A DNA stretch of 124,000 bases from Wallemia ichthyophaga EXF-994 (Eukaryota; Fungi; Basidiomycota): positions 144,001 to 268,000 of the forward strand of contig NW_008806281.1 of NCBI RefSeq assembly GCF_000400465.1, read 5' to 3'. Within the stretch, counting starts at the first letter, position 1; each line of letters starts with the position of its first letter. Position numbers and translations under genes: made by a program. This document shows, in pieces, positions 36,420 to 49,542 of this stretch. The notes under the pieces are model-generated. The model was given only the letters and a program-made list of their open reading frames with translations, was not told the DNA's origin and did not search any database.

Positions 36420-37224
36420 CTAGGATTGACCATTTGTTTGCCTATATTCTTTCAGTATTTGATGCACGGCAACAGAGTTTCGAATGTTTTCATCAGCGAG
36501 CTTCTCAAAAGCTTCCGTGACGCGTTTATATGCTGCTTCTAGATCCGCTGTTCTGGTGGTAGTGTTGTTGGGAAGATTGAATTGACTTGAATAATTATCA
36601 TCATCATCGAAACCTCTCATACTCATTCTAGCAGGCGGTCGTTGTGGGTAGCCTTCTTGGGAATATGACGGGCTAGCTGAATGATTCATGTAGTCATCCA
36701 AAACAGATTCAGTCTGTCTGTCTCTATCTTTCATTTTGAGTGTATCTCGTCGATTGTCGATATCATCAAGTGCTTTTTCTTCTTCAGTATCGGTGACTTG
36801 ATCAAGCTCCTTTCGCACACGCTTAAACCAAAGCGGATCGGCGTTCTTATGTGCGTCTTTGGATTTCAAGAGATTCCGTAGTACTTCAATGTCGTTGTCG
36901 CTGTTCTCTTCAAATACCTTTAATTGTTGAGTATGGCTATGGTTGCTGCTCGTACCCTCCACTTGATAGTTGAGTTGATCTCTCTGATGCTGTAAAACCA
37001 GGATACGCCTTCTCATCAAACGCTCTCTACTGTCGAATTCTTGTAGAGTATCTCTTACGAGGACTGCAAGATTTTTAAGCTCGTTTGCATTAGGATAATC
37101 TGAGCGTGATTGGGTTAGTTGATTTGTGGGTAAAGCTTATTAACGTACTAGCGAAATTATTCTTTAAAATTTCAATCTCCTTGCGAAGGTTGCTGTTCTC
37201 CTCAATCACTCTCTTTATCTCCAT
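36420..37224 (-). CDS. Coiled-coil hypothetical protein
   Basis: ORF 36420-37019 extended upstream through one intron to MEIKRVIEEN. Confidence 0.6.
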
Positions 37225-37268
37225 TTGTTATGATGTGATGATGGAAAAGGTGGAACAAGGGAATATGT

Positions 37269-38822
37269 TCAGCTCATAACCATAACCTCTGCATAAATAA
37301 CAAAGAATCCTACCAAAGCTGTTATTATCAGTGGAAATATGTTCATCCACAAAAACTGCAGACGCGCTATCCTGATTCCTTTTGATTTCAGTATCTTATC
37401 CCATAGTAGCCCCGCTAAGCTAGCCGAGAGCGTGAATGAGTATGCACCAATATTGCTTCCGAAAGCTATACCGAGCATCCCTGCACGTACTGTTTTTGGA
37501 TTCCTGCTCGACTGAACGAGAACTTGGGACATAAGCACAGTTGCACCGATGTTAGTGCTGCCATTGCACAGCACTATCTCTATCAAACCCAATACCCACA
37601 CTGCCCGTAAAGTATCATCACCTATTGCTTTCTGTGCCCAACTGGCAAAGATGTCTATCCAGCCAACTGCTTGCAATGAGTTGACGAGAATGAATTGTGT
37701 GATGGCAAATGGTATAAGGGCGAATGGCAGACGGCTACCAACTGTCAACACGGTAGGAAATGACAGGTTGACAGTTCGCAGCCACCCAATCCTCTTCTCC
37801 ACCTTGCTCTTGAATTTGGCATGATGGCGCCAGTCATGTACCAGGTCTCTAACAAAGACAACGAATGCAGCGGGTATTGTAATCCAACAAACATGCATAC
37901 CTTCAATCAAAACGCTGCAAATGACCAATGAAACCAGTGTTGCTGTTAATATCACGCTGCTAAAGATTGCCCCAGTTCTATCAATCAAGACACTGCGAGG
38001 ATTGACCTCAGGTGCGCTCAAGCGAGAAGGGATATACACTTCGTTATCATCACGACTGAGTAATTTGTTGTATGGTGAGAATTGAATGAACAAAACTCCT
38101 AGCAATGCTATTGCAGAGAAGAAGACTGGTAAAATGAGATAAAGCGCGTAAGTGAGGAAGCTAGTAGAAGTTGTAGACGTTAAAACTAAATTGGTTGGAT
38201 TCGAAGGTGGGAGTACTGCCGATGCTAAGTTCGCCGCTGTGAACTGAGAGAACAGAAACGCGATTGGTGGATGGAGTCCAGTAACTCTAGTAAAGTAAGC
38301 CAGAAATGCCGTTCCACTTAATATAACTGGATCCTGTAAATATACACATAAGCGTCTGCCGAGATAAGGTCAAGAGCACTTACATTCCCGACGAACGTGG
38401 CTAGAAAGATAAAGAAGCAATAAAAGTAAGCATATAAAGCGTATCCAGAGTTTTTGCCTTTATTTGATACCCAAAATGCAAGATACTGGAGTAATCCCGT
38501 TGCATCGAGCGATAACGCAATATAAGCCTATGAAATCATAAGCTTTGATAGTACAAGGAATGCAATCAATAAACCTCACCAGTGACAAGAACAGTAGGAG
38601 AATATCATACGGCCTTAGATGAGTCTCATCGCCTACGAAACCGTATTTCAACTGCTCTCCACCGATGCACCTGCTAGCCAATAGCACGATGATGCAGAGA
38701 ATTGGAACGGTGTGAAGGTTTAAATAGATGCTGAAATTGTTGAAATTGATTTTGAATGGCTTCAGTGTAAAGAAATTGCTAATCAAGAAGAAGATTATGG
38801 TCACTATAGCCTCATACCTCAT
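37269..38822 (-). CDS. ArsB/NhaD-family ion/arsenite permease (multi-exon)
   Basis: PYDILLLFLSL|AY.A.SLDATG, NDPVILSGTAFLAYF, SNPTNLVL, STNIGATVL, GSNIGA.SF..SASLAGLLW. Confidence 0.85.
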
Positions 38823-38972
38823 AGTTAAGCATGAAGGGACAGTCACGAACACAACGTCAAACTTGAAGTTACAATGCAGAAATTTAAAATTCATGCTAGC
38901 TAGAATACTATCGAGATATGCTAAAAAAAGAAAAAGAAAGTAAATCAGACATGTAAGATTAAAACTTGGTTT

Positions 38973-41900
38973 CTATGACAGCAAGAAACCTTTGCCTTCA
39001 CTCATTGCTATCGTAAGCTTTTGCTTCAATACATCCTTGTCGCTGTAATCGGGCAGCTTGAGATAATTGGCGCAAGTCATAACACTAGGAAGCGAGTCGT
39101 CCGCTTTGTACCCAGCTTCTGGCGACTTGCGAACGACAGTGAGCTGAGGATGCAGTCCTCGGAAGCCTGATTCAGAGTTAGCAATTACCTTTCACAAAAA
39201 ACATACCACTGACCTCCAATTGGCAACTTGGGAGAACCAGTGAGGAATTGCAAGAAGTCTCTACGAGCGACCTTGTCAAATTCAGATAAGGCCTCAATTA
39301 ATCTACGCAATGCTGGACTGTCATTGTTGAAACCATGGTCAGCCTTGATGACTTCGCTCAACGTCTCAGTCGTCCAATCTTCATCAGCATTGCCGAACAA
39401 GCTTGTGAGCTCCTCAGGTGTGAAGATCTTCATATCTTCAACGGACAATATCTTTGAGAAACCTTCCACAAATGCATCTACTTGCTTGGTCACACCACTG
39501 ACGAGAGTCGCGTCGATCACTTTATCAATGAAATCGCCAACGTTGTCGAGAGTAACATCGACATTTTCGCCTTTTTCGACCAACTGGTATTCAGGCTGAC
39601 CTGGTAAAGTGAAGTCGAGTGCGAGGTTATCAATCTTATCAGCTATTTGACCCTTGGACAGCTCTGTTGAACCAACAATCTTTTGCACTTCCTCGATACT
39701 CTTTCCGACCAAAGGATCTACAAGCTTGACACCTGCAACTGACTTTGGAATATTCAAACCCATAACCAAATTCATGAGGAGAGGGTTAAATGATATGTCG
39801 ATAATCCTAGAGTCGAGTAAACCCTTAGCGAGGAATTGACCCAAAATTCTGAACAACTTGATCCGCTCTTCACCTCTATCTGATTCAATTTCCTTTGCTG
39901 ACATTGGCATTGGGAAAAGACCAGTCTGTGAGTAGACATATGGTGATTCTGACGAATCTGAGCTTCCTCTCCACAACTTCAAGTCTTTACGTGCGAATTC
40001 TTTACTAACCAAAGAATAGAACTCTAACGTAGGTCCCAAGCCTGTTCCGACTTCTTCAAAGTATTCGATCTCTAATATGCTTGATGAGCCACCGTACAAC
40101 TCAAATACCTTGATGGCAGACTCCAACACGTATTCCCTGGAAATTCTAACCTTTTGTCTTTGCATCCTACCTAGATGAGATGTCGTAGGATCAATTCTAC
40201 GGCTGTCTGAAGATGTGCGTGATGCCTCGTTCTGCCACTTGGTAATCAACCTTGCTGTACCCCAGCTCTGTGCTTGTAAGAAAGCGTATCGGGTCTGGAA
40301 CGTAAAAAGGAAGGGGAATGCAGTTGGCAGGTCGATTGCCCAATCAGGAAGACAGGAACTGTGTTAAAAGTTAGGATTTATTTTCTCGTCAGATACCAAC
40401 GCACCTAGCTATCAACATAGGCTCTTCAAGTTGACGATTGAGCTTAGCGGTAAGCTTGTTGTTGACAAACGTCATCTCTCCAACACCAGTTTCTTGAGAA
40501 AGAGCCGCACCAGGTTGGTTGAGCACATTGACTTCTTGTACACCTGTGCACATAGCATGGAGAACTCTAAGAAGTTGAAGAATGAGAGCATGCTGAGAGT
40601 CTTGAGCGACAGATGCAGGAAGCTGTGACCACGTGTTTTGTACACTTTCAGACGTGATGGCGCTGATATTTGGCTTAACGTCATTCTTCTCTTTCTTAGG
40701 TACTGGTCCTTCCTTACGTCTAAATTTAAGAGTGTAGACGTTTGCGAAAACGTTTCTCGAACCAGCATCATCATTGTCATGTAGATTACTGTAGATGGTT
40801 GACCCCAGATCGACCTTTTCGCCATTCAACTCAAACTCGAGGTGGAAGTCGGTTGGCTTTGTCTTGAGTGCCGATGCGTAAGATCCTTTTGGTTTTGCTT
40901 CCTTGGTACCTTCTGAAGACTCAGGCTTCTTGGAGCTAGATTTGGATGACTTTCTCGCACTCGGTGAAGCTTCAGAAGCAACTGCTGGAGACGGTATACG
41001 CGTACCTTCAGGAGTCTTGGCTTCAATTTCCTTGCCATCATCCTTAACATCCAAATTGATGGTTTTCTCCTGGCCCAGTCTACCTTCACCCACCATGTCA
41101 GCTTCCATCTCATCGTCATACAACTCATCATCAAATTCATCAACGAATTCGCCTGCAAACGGATCATTTCTATCATTTTCATCCTCATCATCCTCGTGTT
41201 CATCATCATCCTCTTCCATAGCACGAAGCTCCTCCTCATCGATATCATCCTCGTCATCTTCGTAATTATCCTCATCATCCTCATCACCTTGGGCCGATTC
41301 CTTGCCCTTTCCTTTTGATTTGCTTTCCTGGTTTGATGCTGTCGGTGTACCAGACAAATCTTCCTTGGAGCTGCGACGGCTACTGCTCTTACTACTTCCC
41401 TCCTTTTTGTCCTTATTTTCCTTCTTGCTGGAGTTCGGTGAAGATGCATCTGCTTCTGGAGGAGGAATGCCGGTTGCGGCGGCAAACGCGGCAAGCACAC
41501 CAGAGAGTCTTGATGAACCACTACCACCTTTACCTGAAAGTCCATTAATGATTCTAGGACGTAAATAGTCGTTTAGAATTTGGAAGGTTGCAATAGCGTG
41601 AACAGAGACGACCATGGTAGGTTGCACCTTGCTTAACTCTGGATCATCAGCCACCAAACGCAGTCTGACTTGACGACTAAGTGCTGAGATCGGGCTACGG
41701 CGACTATCATCACCAAGATTTGATCCAACTGTGCTGACAGAAAATGGTTCCAATCTGCTGAGCGATTCTTGAAGACGTTTAACCAGAGATAACAGAGCAG
41801 ATGGCGAGCCAGGAATTTGTGATCGTCTACTTGAAAATATTTCAATTACTAATTTATGTCTGAGTGCTGTAGGAAGAGAATCGGTATTACCAGTAATGAA

Positions 41901-44670
41901 CGCGAGCAGACCCTCAATCAATCCACTGCGGAGTAACTCAAAGCTAGACATGCTATCTTCACGAGTAAACCAATTGCCAAGCTTCTGCAGTGTTTCCTCT
42001 ATCTGTTCAGCAGGTGTAGTTGAGGATTTGAGACCTTGAACCATCTCACGAATTTCTGCAAGCGCAACTTTGGCATCATCGTAAGTTTCAGCACCATTTT
42101 GTTCCTCCAACTTTGCGAAGATTTCCTTCAGTGCCCTAGCTCTGGCAATAGCTGCATCAGATGGATTTACATTCGAAGCTCTATCGAGGCTCGCAGGTGA
42201 TGCGGTACCCGCAGCTGCTGAAGCAGCAGCGCTACCGGCAGCCAAGTAAGATGCGAGTCTGTTGGCTGGATTACCAGTTCCAAGACTAAGGAAACCTGGT
42301 GATGACTCAGCTTGCGGTATGTCAACTCTAAGGGCTCTTGCGAGGTTGGAAACAGGATCACCACCAAGTGGACCCTCGTCTCTTTCAGCCGTTGAGTTAG
42401 GCTCGGTCTGTTTCTCCTTATCGTCCTTTTCTGAGTTGAGCTTGTCATCGGCAATAACCTCAATCTCGTACATAACACCTTGGCGTCTGAGTGCTGAGTG
42501 ATAGACTTCAGGTAACTTGTTGACGAGAAGCTCAACGAGCTGAAGAGCACCAGTAACCAAGTTAGGGTTATCGCGTGAAGAAAGTATACCTCCAATAAAG
42601 CTAGCCATTGGAATAAATCTGAGTAGGTTCTGTAGTTCAGGTTCCTCTGCAAAGCTGACTATTTTGAGAAGACCAGCTAGTGCTTTACTGCGGACAGGTA
42701 AAGAGACAGATGCAGCGAAAACTTCCACAAATACGGGAAGCATAAGAGACATAAAGCGATCGATTGAAGCTGGGTTAGAGCGGAGACATTCAATGCGGTT
42801 ACGCATTGCTTCTTGACGTGTGGCCTCTCTCTGTCTGGTACGGTTGACAAGGCTTGGCGGTGCATGACTTTCAACCTCTTCATTTGCTCGTGAGCTCTCA
42901 TCTTGGCCTTCACCTGTTTTGTTTACGTATGACTTGTTATCAAATACACCAACTAATGGTTCGTTAGCTAAGTTAAATAAAAGGGAGCTACTCACCAGGT
43001 ACGATGGGTGGAAGTAGCTCTAACGAAAGACTGAGAGCCTCATCGACTTGATCTTTTGGCCTGTGAGCCAAGTTTTCGAGAACGACCATATCAGCTAAAC
43101 CGCCTTCACCAGGGGCAGAACCATCTTTCATTGCTTGCGTAGTTGGATCAGTTTTCTCTGGAACGAGTACACCAGTGAGAATGTTATAAAGAGTGTCAAC
43201 AATGCTGCCATCTAACAAGGCGATGGCAGCCTTAGCACTAGCTTTGCTTGCTGATGACATGGAGCGTAGGAGTGCAGTGAAGGTGTTAATAGTGATCAGA
43301 GGCGTACCTCCTGATCCAGAGGGTAAGAGAAGGCTGACGACTGCAGTAATAAGTGTGCCATCCTCGAGTAGCTTTTCGATAAGATCAGCTTTGTTCTTGT
43401 AACTGTCAATGATACGAACGACACAAAGACAAGCTTGCTCTACTAATCTTTGATCGGAATAACCAAGAACGTCGCGTATTTTCGGAATTGCGTCGTGAAC
43501 CATATCGAAGCTGTCTGGAGGAAGAGCGCGACAGCAGTTGGCGGCAGCGGTGAGCGCAGTACGTTGGACATGGGAATTGAAAAAGTCGAGGTATTGGAGA
43601 ATCGCGGTGAGACCGCCTTCTGAGACAATTTTGTTTGGAACCTCCTGAGCGAGTTTGCCAAGAGTAGAAACAGCTTCTTCAGCGAGGTCAACGTACTGAA
43701 CATCACGTAACTTTGAGCAAAGGATAGGGATAGCGCCGTTTTGAGCAACTCTAATTGATGAGCCGGGGAGGGCTTCCATGAGATTGGCCAAACAACGGCA
43801 AGCGAGGAGCTGAGCCTCACCAACGTTGTCACCGAAGCCACCACCACCAGAAGCAGCGAGAGCGGCCATTATCTCGGCTTCCTCCTGAGCTTCAGCTGAA
43901 AGAGGTTCTTTCTTATTTGATTGATCGGTTGTAGTCGGAGGATCGCCATTCATGATTGCAATTAGTTCTTTAGAGAAAGCTTCAACCTGGAAAGAGCCAG
44001 CGAGAGTTTCTTCAGTAGAAACAGCTAAAACTTCAGCTAACTCTTGAAGAGCAATCATGAGCTGTGTACCATCACCAGAGCCTAAGGGATGAGGACGTTC
44101 GCGGAGGTGTTGGAGGATATTCTTGTAGCGTGAGGATTGACCGAAGATCAAGCCACTGAGCATTCTATAGTCAGCAAGGAGAGCGTGATCGTCTTGAGGG
44201 ATTTCATCTAGGTGGTTGTCGTCGTCGTCGTCATGGTCTAAATCCTGGTCTAAATCAAGGTCATGGTCGTTGTGTTGCTGGTTGTGATGTTGTGGAGAAT
44301 TATCAAGGTTGGGTACGTCATTGCGAGCTTCTGCAGCAGCATCAGCTTCAGCCATGAGAAGGTCATCGTCGTGGTAGGTTGAGGAGTTTCTTTGTGGATT
44401 ACGTCTGTGGTTGGAAGTGTTTGGTTGACGAGATTTCTTAGATTTTTCATTTGGAACGTTTAATTGCTTCTTATCCATTTCTTTATTAGTAGATCTGAGG
44501 TTATACTTTGATTTCTTGTTACTTGTGGTTTCAACTGGTTGCTGGCTCTTTCTCTTTGAAGAACCTGGCTGTGGATTACTGTTGCTGTTGCTGTTGTTTG
44601 TATTGCTCGATTGACTTGTAGATTGCTGTGGATAACTTGGCTTATTTGATTTATTCCTCTTTGGTGGCAT
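38973..44670 (-). CDS. UFD4: HECT E3 ubiquitin ligase (Ufd4/TRIP12 type, ARM + HECT)
   Basis: LACRCLANLMEALPGS, ARM repeats, N.KLTAKL.RQLEEP, EIEYF.EVGTGLGPTLEFY, FLQF.TGSPKLPIGG, LPSVMTCANYLKLPDY. Confidence 0.95.
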
Positions 44671-45164
44671 CTGATTTTTAATTCAAGATATCCATCAAAC
44701 GATCTCAATTTCTTATTTAGCTTGTGATGGTCGTTCGAGAGAAAGATCTAATCACGCTGTATCATATAAAGACTTTTAAATGAAAATATTCTTCTTATTT
44801 ACAATACATTTTTGGCCTTTAGATCTCTGGCTTCAAGCACTGTACAGCTCAAACCCACGTTTGTCTAAATTAACCAATCTCTATAGCCCTCCTCCGTTAG
44901 CAGCAATAGCGTGTACGCTAAAGCTCCTGCAGATGCTTTTCATCTACAAAAGGGCATTATCGTCTAATCGATTCCCCCAGTGACACACCCGCTATAGTTA
45001 ACTACTCACACGCACAATTTAAAATATATGCCTGAGATAAATAAACTTATAGCTGTATTTTACTCTTTTTAAAACCTTCATTATGCTCATCGTCGTTACT
45101 ACGAAACGAGCGACAATTTCCCTTTCTCCTGGTTGAATAAAAAATCTCGTAGGTTTCGACGTCG

Positions 45165-47907
45165 ATGGATCTTGCAAATAAGAACAGCGACGAGGAAGCA
45201 CCATTGCTATCTTCCTCATCTACCTCTGAGATGTCTATCCACGATAAGATGGCCACATCCCATGTTTATCCGCTTATCTGGACAATACGCAGAGATATCA
45301 TTAGAATTATTGAAACCCCTTTTTCCTGGGAGCAGCTACAATCTCCCCATATTACTTACAATGTCGTTCAAATCCTCGCTCTCAAGTATGGTTCCTTGTA
45401 CCACCAAAATTTGGCTATTGGTGTGTGTCCATTGGTTTCCTAGCTACTTGCTCATACCCCTATAAGTCTACTGTCTTCTCGTCAATAGAGTTCACTTTAT
45501 TAGCGAGTCAAGTTCCCCGGTGTGCACATCATATTGCGTCATTTTCTCTTTCTCTAACATAGCTGCAGACCCACATGGGCGTAAATGCAACCAGAGCTAA
45601 CCTCTGTGAACTACTTGCTCTCAAAGTCCTTCGAGTCTATGCTGATAAAGCTTCTTCCAAGATTGACTTAGCCTATGTCTTAGCTGGGCCATTCAGACTC
45701 TTTCAAGGTGCTTCAGAAGACGTCGTACAGAAAGTCATCGAAGAAGAAGGTGAAGGTCCTCTCTACAAAGCCAGCAATGCACTTGAGATCGCAATAGTGG
45801 GAAATGCAAAGCGCTTTATAAAAAGTGCACATTGTCAGAAAGTTATCAATTCCATTTGGAATGGCTCTGTAGTGTATACACCTGTTAACAAACACGCCTT
45901 TATCAGTGATTACTACAAGGTAAAGCCAATCACTTTCTTCAACCCCCGTCAATCACCTCTGCTAGATCACTATCGTCTAAAAGTTCCTCGTATACGCTCT
46001 GTCATTGAATACGTCAACTTCTGTATTTTATTCGCACTATTCGTTTTTGCAATTGAGTCTAATGAGCAACATTCTTTCAATATCATCGAAATCGGCTTCA
46101 TTTTTTATGCTCTGGGTTTCACATTGGAAAAGCTGGCAAGTACACAGGAGCATGGTTGGAAAGTATACTCAGCAAATCTTTGGAATGGGTTCGATTTGCT
46201 TTTCATTATCGATTTTCTCCATTACCTCGCTTTTAGAGTGTACGGTATCTGGTATGATCATCCAAAATATTCACTTCTCGGACTCGAAGTATTATCATGC
46301 GCAGCTGCTCTGCTGTTCCCTAGGTTGGCATTTGTTACGCTATCAAACAATCTTATGATTCTGTCAATCCGAGCTCTTTTCCTCGATTTCCTCTTCCTGA
46401 TGGCACTAGCCTTCTTCTGTTTCACCGGGTTTCTCTATGCTCTCTGGACCCTCGGTAGGGGTGCGTATACTTGGGAGGAACTAGCAAAATATATGCTTTT
46501 CATCGTGAGTTGAGTTTCTTTTTTAAAGACATTTCTCAACAACAGCAGTGGTTTGGATTGGATGGGACTGGATTCACCATAGCCCCAAACCTTCATCCAG
46601 TATTTGGGCCTGTGCTAATTGTGTTATATGCGTGTATCAGCAATACGCTTTTGCTCACAGTGCTCGTCTCGATTCTGTCTACGACATTTGCGAAAATAGA
46701 TGCCGACGCCGAAGCTGAGTATATGTTCAGACAGGCGGTGCAGACTATAGAAGGAGTCAAAAGTGATGCTTTGTTCGGGTACCAGCCACCATTGAACATA
46801 TTTGCATGGCTAGTGATGGCGCCTGCGCGATGGATACTGTCCCCACGGTGGTTCCACAAGTTCAACGTTTTCATGGTCAGAGCTACTGCGGCACCCATCC
46901 TGCTTATCATCTCGCTTTATGAGAGATATGAGCCAGAGACGCTGCGTTCCGTGTTGCCCTTCTACAAGAGGATCCAAGCGATGGCGGACAAGATTGGCGA
47001 GAGCCTGCCTCGGAAACTGAAAAACCTAACTCTGCTTGAAGGGTTGGTAGGGTCTGGCAAAGATGTAGCAGCTGCATTCGAGTACCATCCCGATCAAGGC
47101 TGGGATGAAGATGAGGAGGAGGATCTCGACTTCGTTGGCAAGACGCAGTTCAATCATGACGAGGTACAGCGCGCGACTACTGTGGCACGCGAGCAGCACT
47201 ATGGCACCGAGGAGAATGAACTGCATAGACGTATGTGCGAGGAAATTGAACAGCGCAGATTGAGTCAGATACCTTCGCGTAATGTACTCTCCCCTCAACG
47301 CATACAGCAGCAGAGGTTGCGCGATGAGCTGGAAGTGCTACAGCCTGGTTTTAGCAAAAGTGTGGGCAAAGAGCCAGAGTTACCCTTTCCTCAGACGCGG
47401 ATGGAGAGCGATGACAATGAAGATGCCGTCAGTCCACTGCTTAGTCAGACCGATCCTCCACCAGGAGTAAGCAACAGGAGGAAAACAGAAGGATCAACAG
47501 TTCTACGCCCCACCACTCAAGACACGGATAATGCCAGACTGCAGCGCATCCAAAAGGGACGCCCTCGCAGAATGTCGAATGTGGAACATACCCTCAGTCG
47601 CAATATAGGCAGTCTGAACAGCCCGCTGGCCAAAGCCTTTTCAACACGGCCGATGCTTAGCGCGTATAGGAAACCACGATCACATGAGTCGAATATTGGA
47701 TCGATACTGGCTAATCCAATTCAACAAGAGGGCGCTTTACAGCCGTCACGCAAAACCAAGAGTGACAATACATCGCCTCATCCCTCTCAGAATGTTCTTC
47801 AGGATAGCACCCAGTCGGAACAGATGCATGAAAAACTATCGACTATTGATGCTCGCCAGGCGCGAATGGAAAGCATACTCGAGCGCCTAGCCAAAAGTAT
47901 CGAATGA
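45165..47907 (+). CDS. Fungal TRP-like cation channel (Yvc1 family)
   Basis: ANLCE.LA.K, SNALE.AI..AKRF...CQKVI..IW.G, RL.VPR, WFGLDGTG, SNTLLLTVLVSILS..F, YQPP.N. Confidence 0.85.
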
Positions 47908-48017
47908 GCACCAGGAAATGCCAACGAGTAGAGCCTTCATGTAAACATGTGATGGTATTCATAAAGAAATTTCGTTACTTTGTCGTACGTTATACATTCC
48001 TAGTAACTTAATTCAGC

Positions 48018-49485
48018 TCATTGCTCGTTGATGATGATACTAGCTTTGCCCATTCCCGTGCCCTGAAATGCGATTAAATTGTTTCAGGTGAGAAGACATC
48101 CAACCTACAATGCACATAGAGGTACATAAAACCTTAGCACCAATTCTCTTAGCTTCTGATAAGATGGTTGCAATCTGACGAGCACCAGTGCATCCAAGAG
48201 GATGACCGAGGGCACTGCAAGTACGTTAGTATAACTAATTCGCGACATAGGCTAACGTACATGGCACCGCCGTTTGGATTGACTTTGACAGGATCTAATC
48301 CAAGTTTCTGAACGCAGTAGAGTGCTTGCGATGCAAATGCCTCGTTGATCTAGACATATCGTTAGAGTATTAAATTCACAACACCCACTCACCTCGTAGA
48401 TATCGACATCAGAGCTAGACAAACCAGCCTTTTGAAGAACCTTTGGAATAGCAACAGCTGGACCAATACCCATAATACGTGGTGGACAACCAACGTCAGC
48501 CGAAGCGACGAATTTGCCAAGAATAGGTAATTTAAGCTTCTCTGCGTTACTGCGCCTTGTGAGAACGACGGCAGCTGCACCATCTGAGACTTGAGATGCG
48601 TTGCCTGCGTGCGTACAACCATTCTGATCGAATGCTGGCTTCAGCTTGGCAAGAGTTTCCTTGGTGACGCCATCTCTGATACCATCGTCCTTGTCGATAA
48701 GTTTATGGGTACCATCTTCACTGTTGACCATGATAGGGGCGATTTCGTTAGTGAACTTGCCTGCCTTTTGAGCGGCTGCAGCTTTCTGCTGAGACTGTGC
48801 AGCGAATTCATCTTGAGCTGCGCGAGAAATACCGAAATCTTTAGCGACATTCTCAGAAGTGATACCCATTCTAAAATATTGTTAGGAGGGTTTAGAGTGT
48901 TGAAGAAAGACCCACGGAATTAGGCAATCGGCTGACTCTTGATTAGAGAGAACATCTTGGTCGAGGTTAGGTGGCATAGCGCCAGCGCCGTAGTGAGCAG
49001 TCATAGACTCAACGCCTGCACCAATACCAACGTCGATCTGGCCAGAAGCGATTTCGAGTGCGATCTGAGACACTGCTTGTAAACCAGACGAGCACTGGCG
49101 ATTAACGGTATTAATAGCTGCCGAGTGGGGAATACCAGCGTAGAGTTGGGCCATACGTGCAAGGCTGGCACCTCCACCTGGTGGCAAAACATTTCCAACG
49201 GCGATATCCTAATAAGCGAGTTAACCGGGTGAGTGATATCAGCAGTGCATACACACTTCGATAAGCTTTGGATCTAATTTGCCACGCTGGATGGATTCTT
49301 TAAAAGCGTGGGCCAGCAGTTTCTCTGGGAGAGTACCGGCTAAACCACCCTTTCTAGCCTGTGTGACGGGTGAGATATAAGTTTGGGATATGAGGAGATG
49401 GACGCACCCGAGTAATTGGTGTCCTTACAGCAGATACAATTACTACGTCATTTGCGTTCTTTGAGATTATATTTTGCTTTGCCAT
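48018..49485 (-). CDS. POT1: 3-ketoacyl-CoA thiolase (peroxisomal type, multi-exon)
   Basis: [55 protein letters not shown]. Confidence 0.9.
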
Positions 49486-49542
49486 CGTCGTTGTGGTTAA
49501 AGAGATGTTGGTCACGTACACCCAAGTCTGATCAATTGACTA

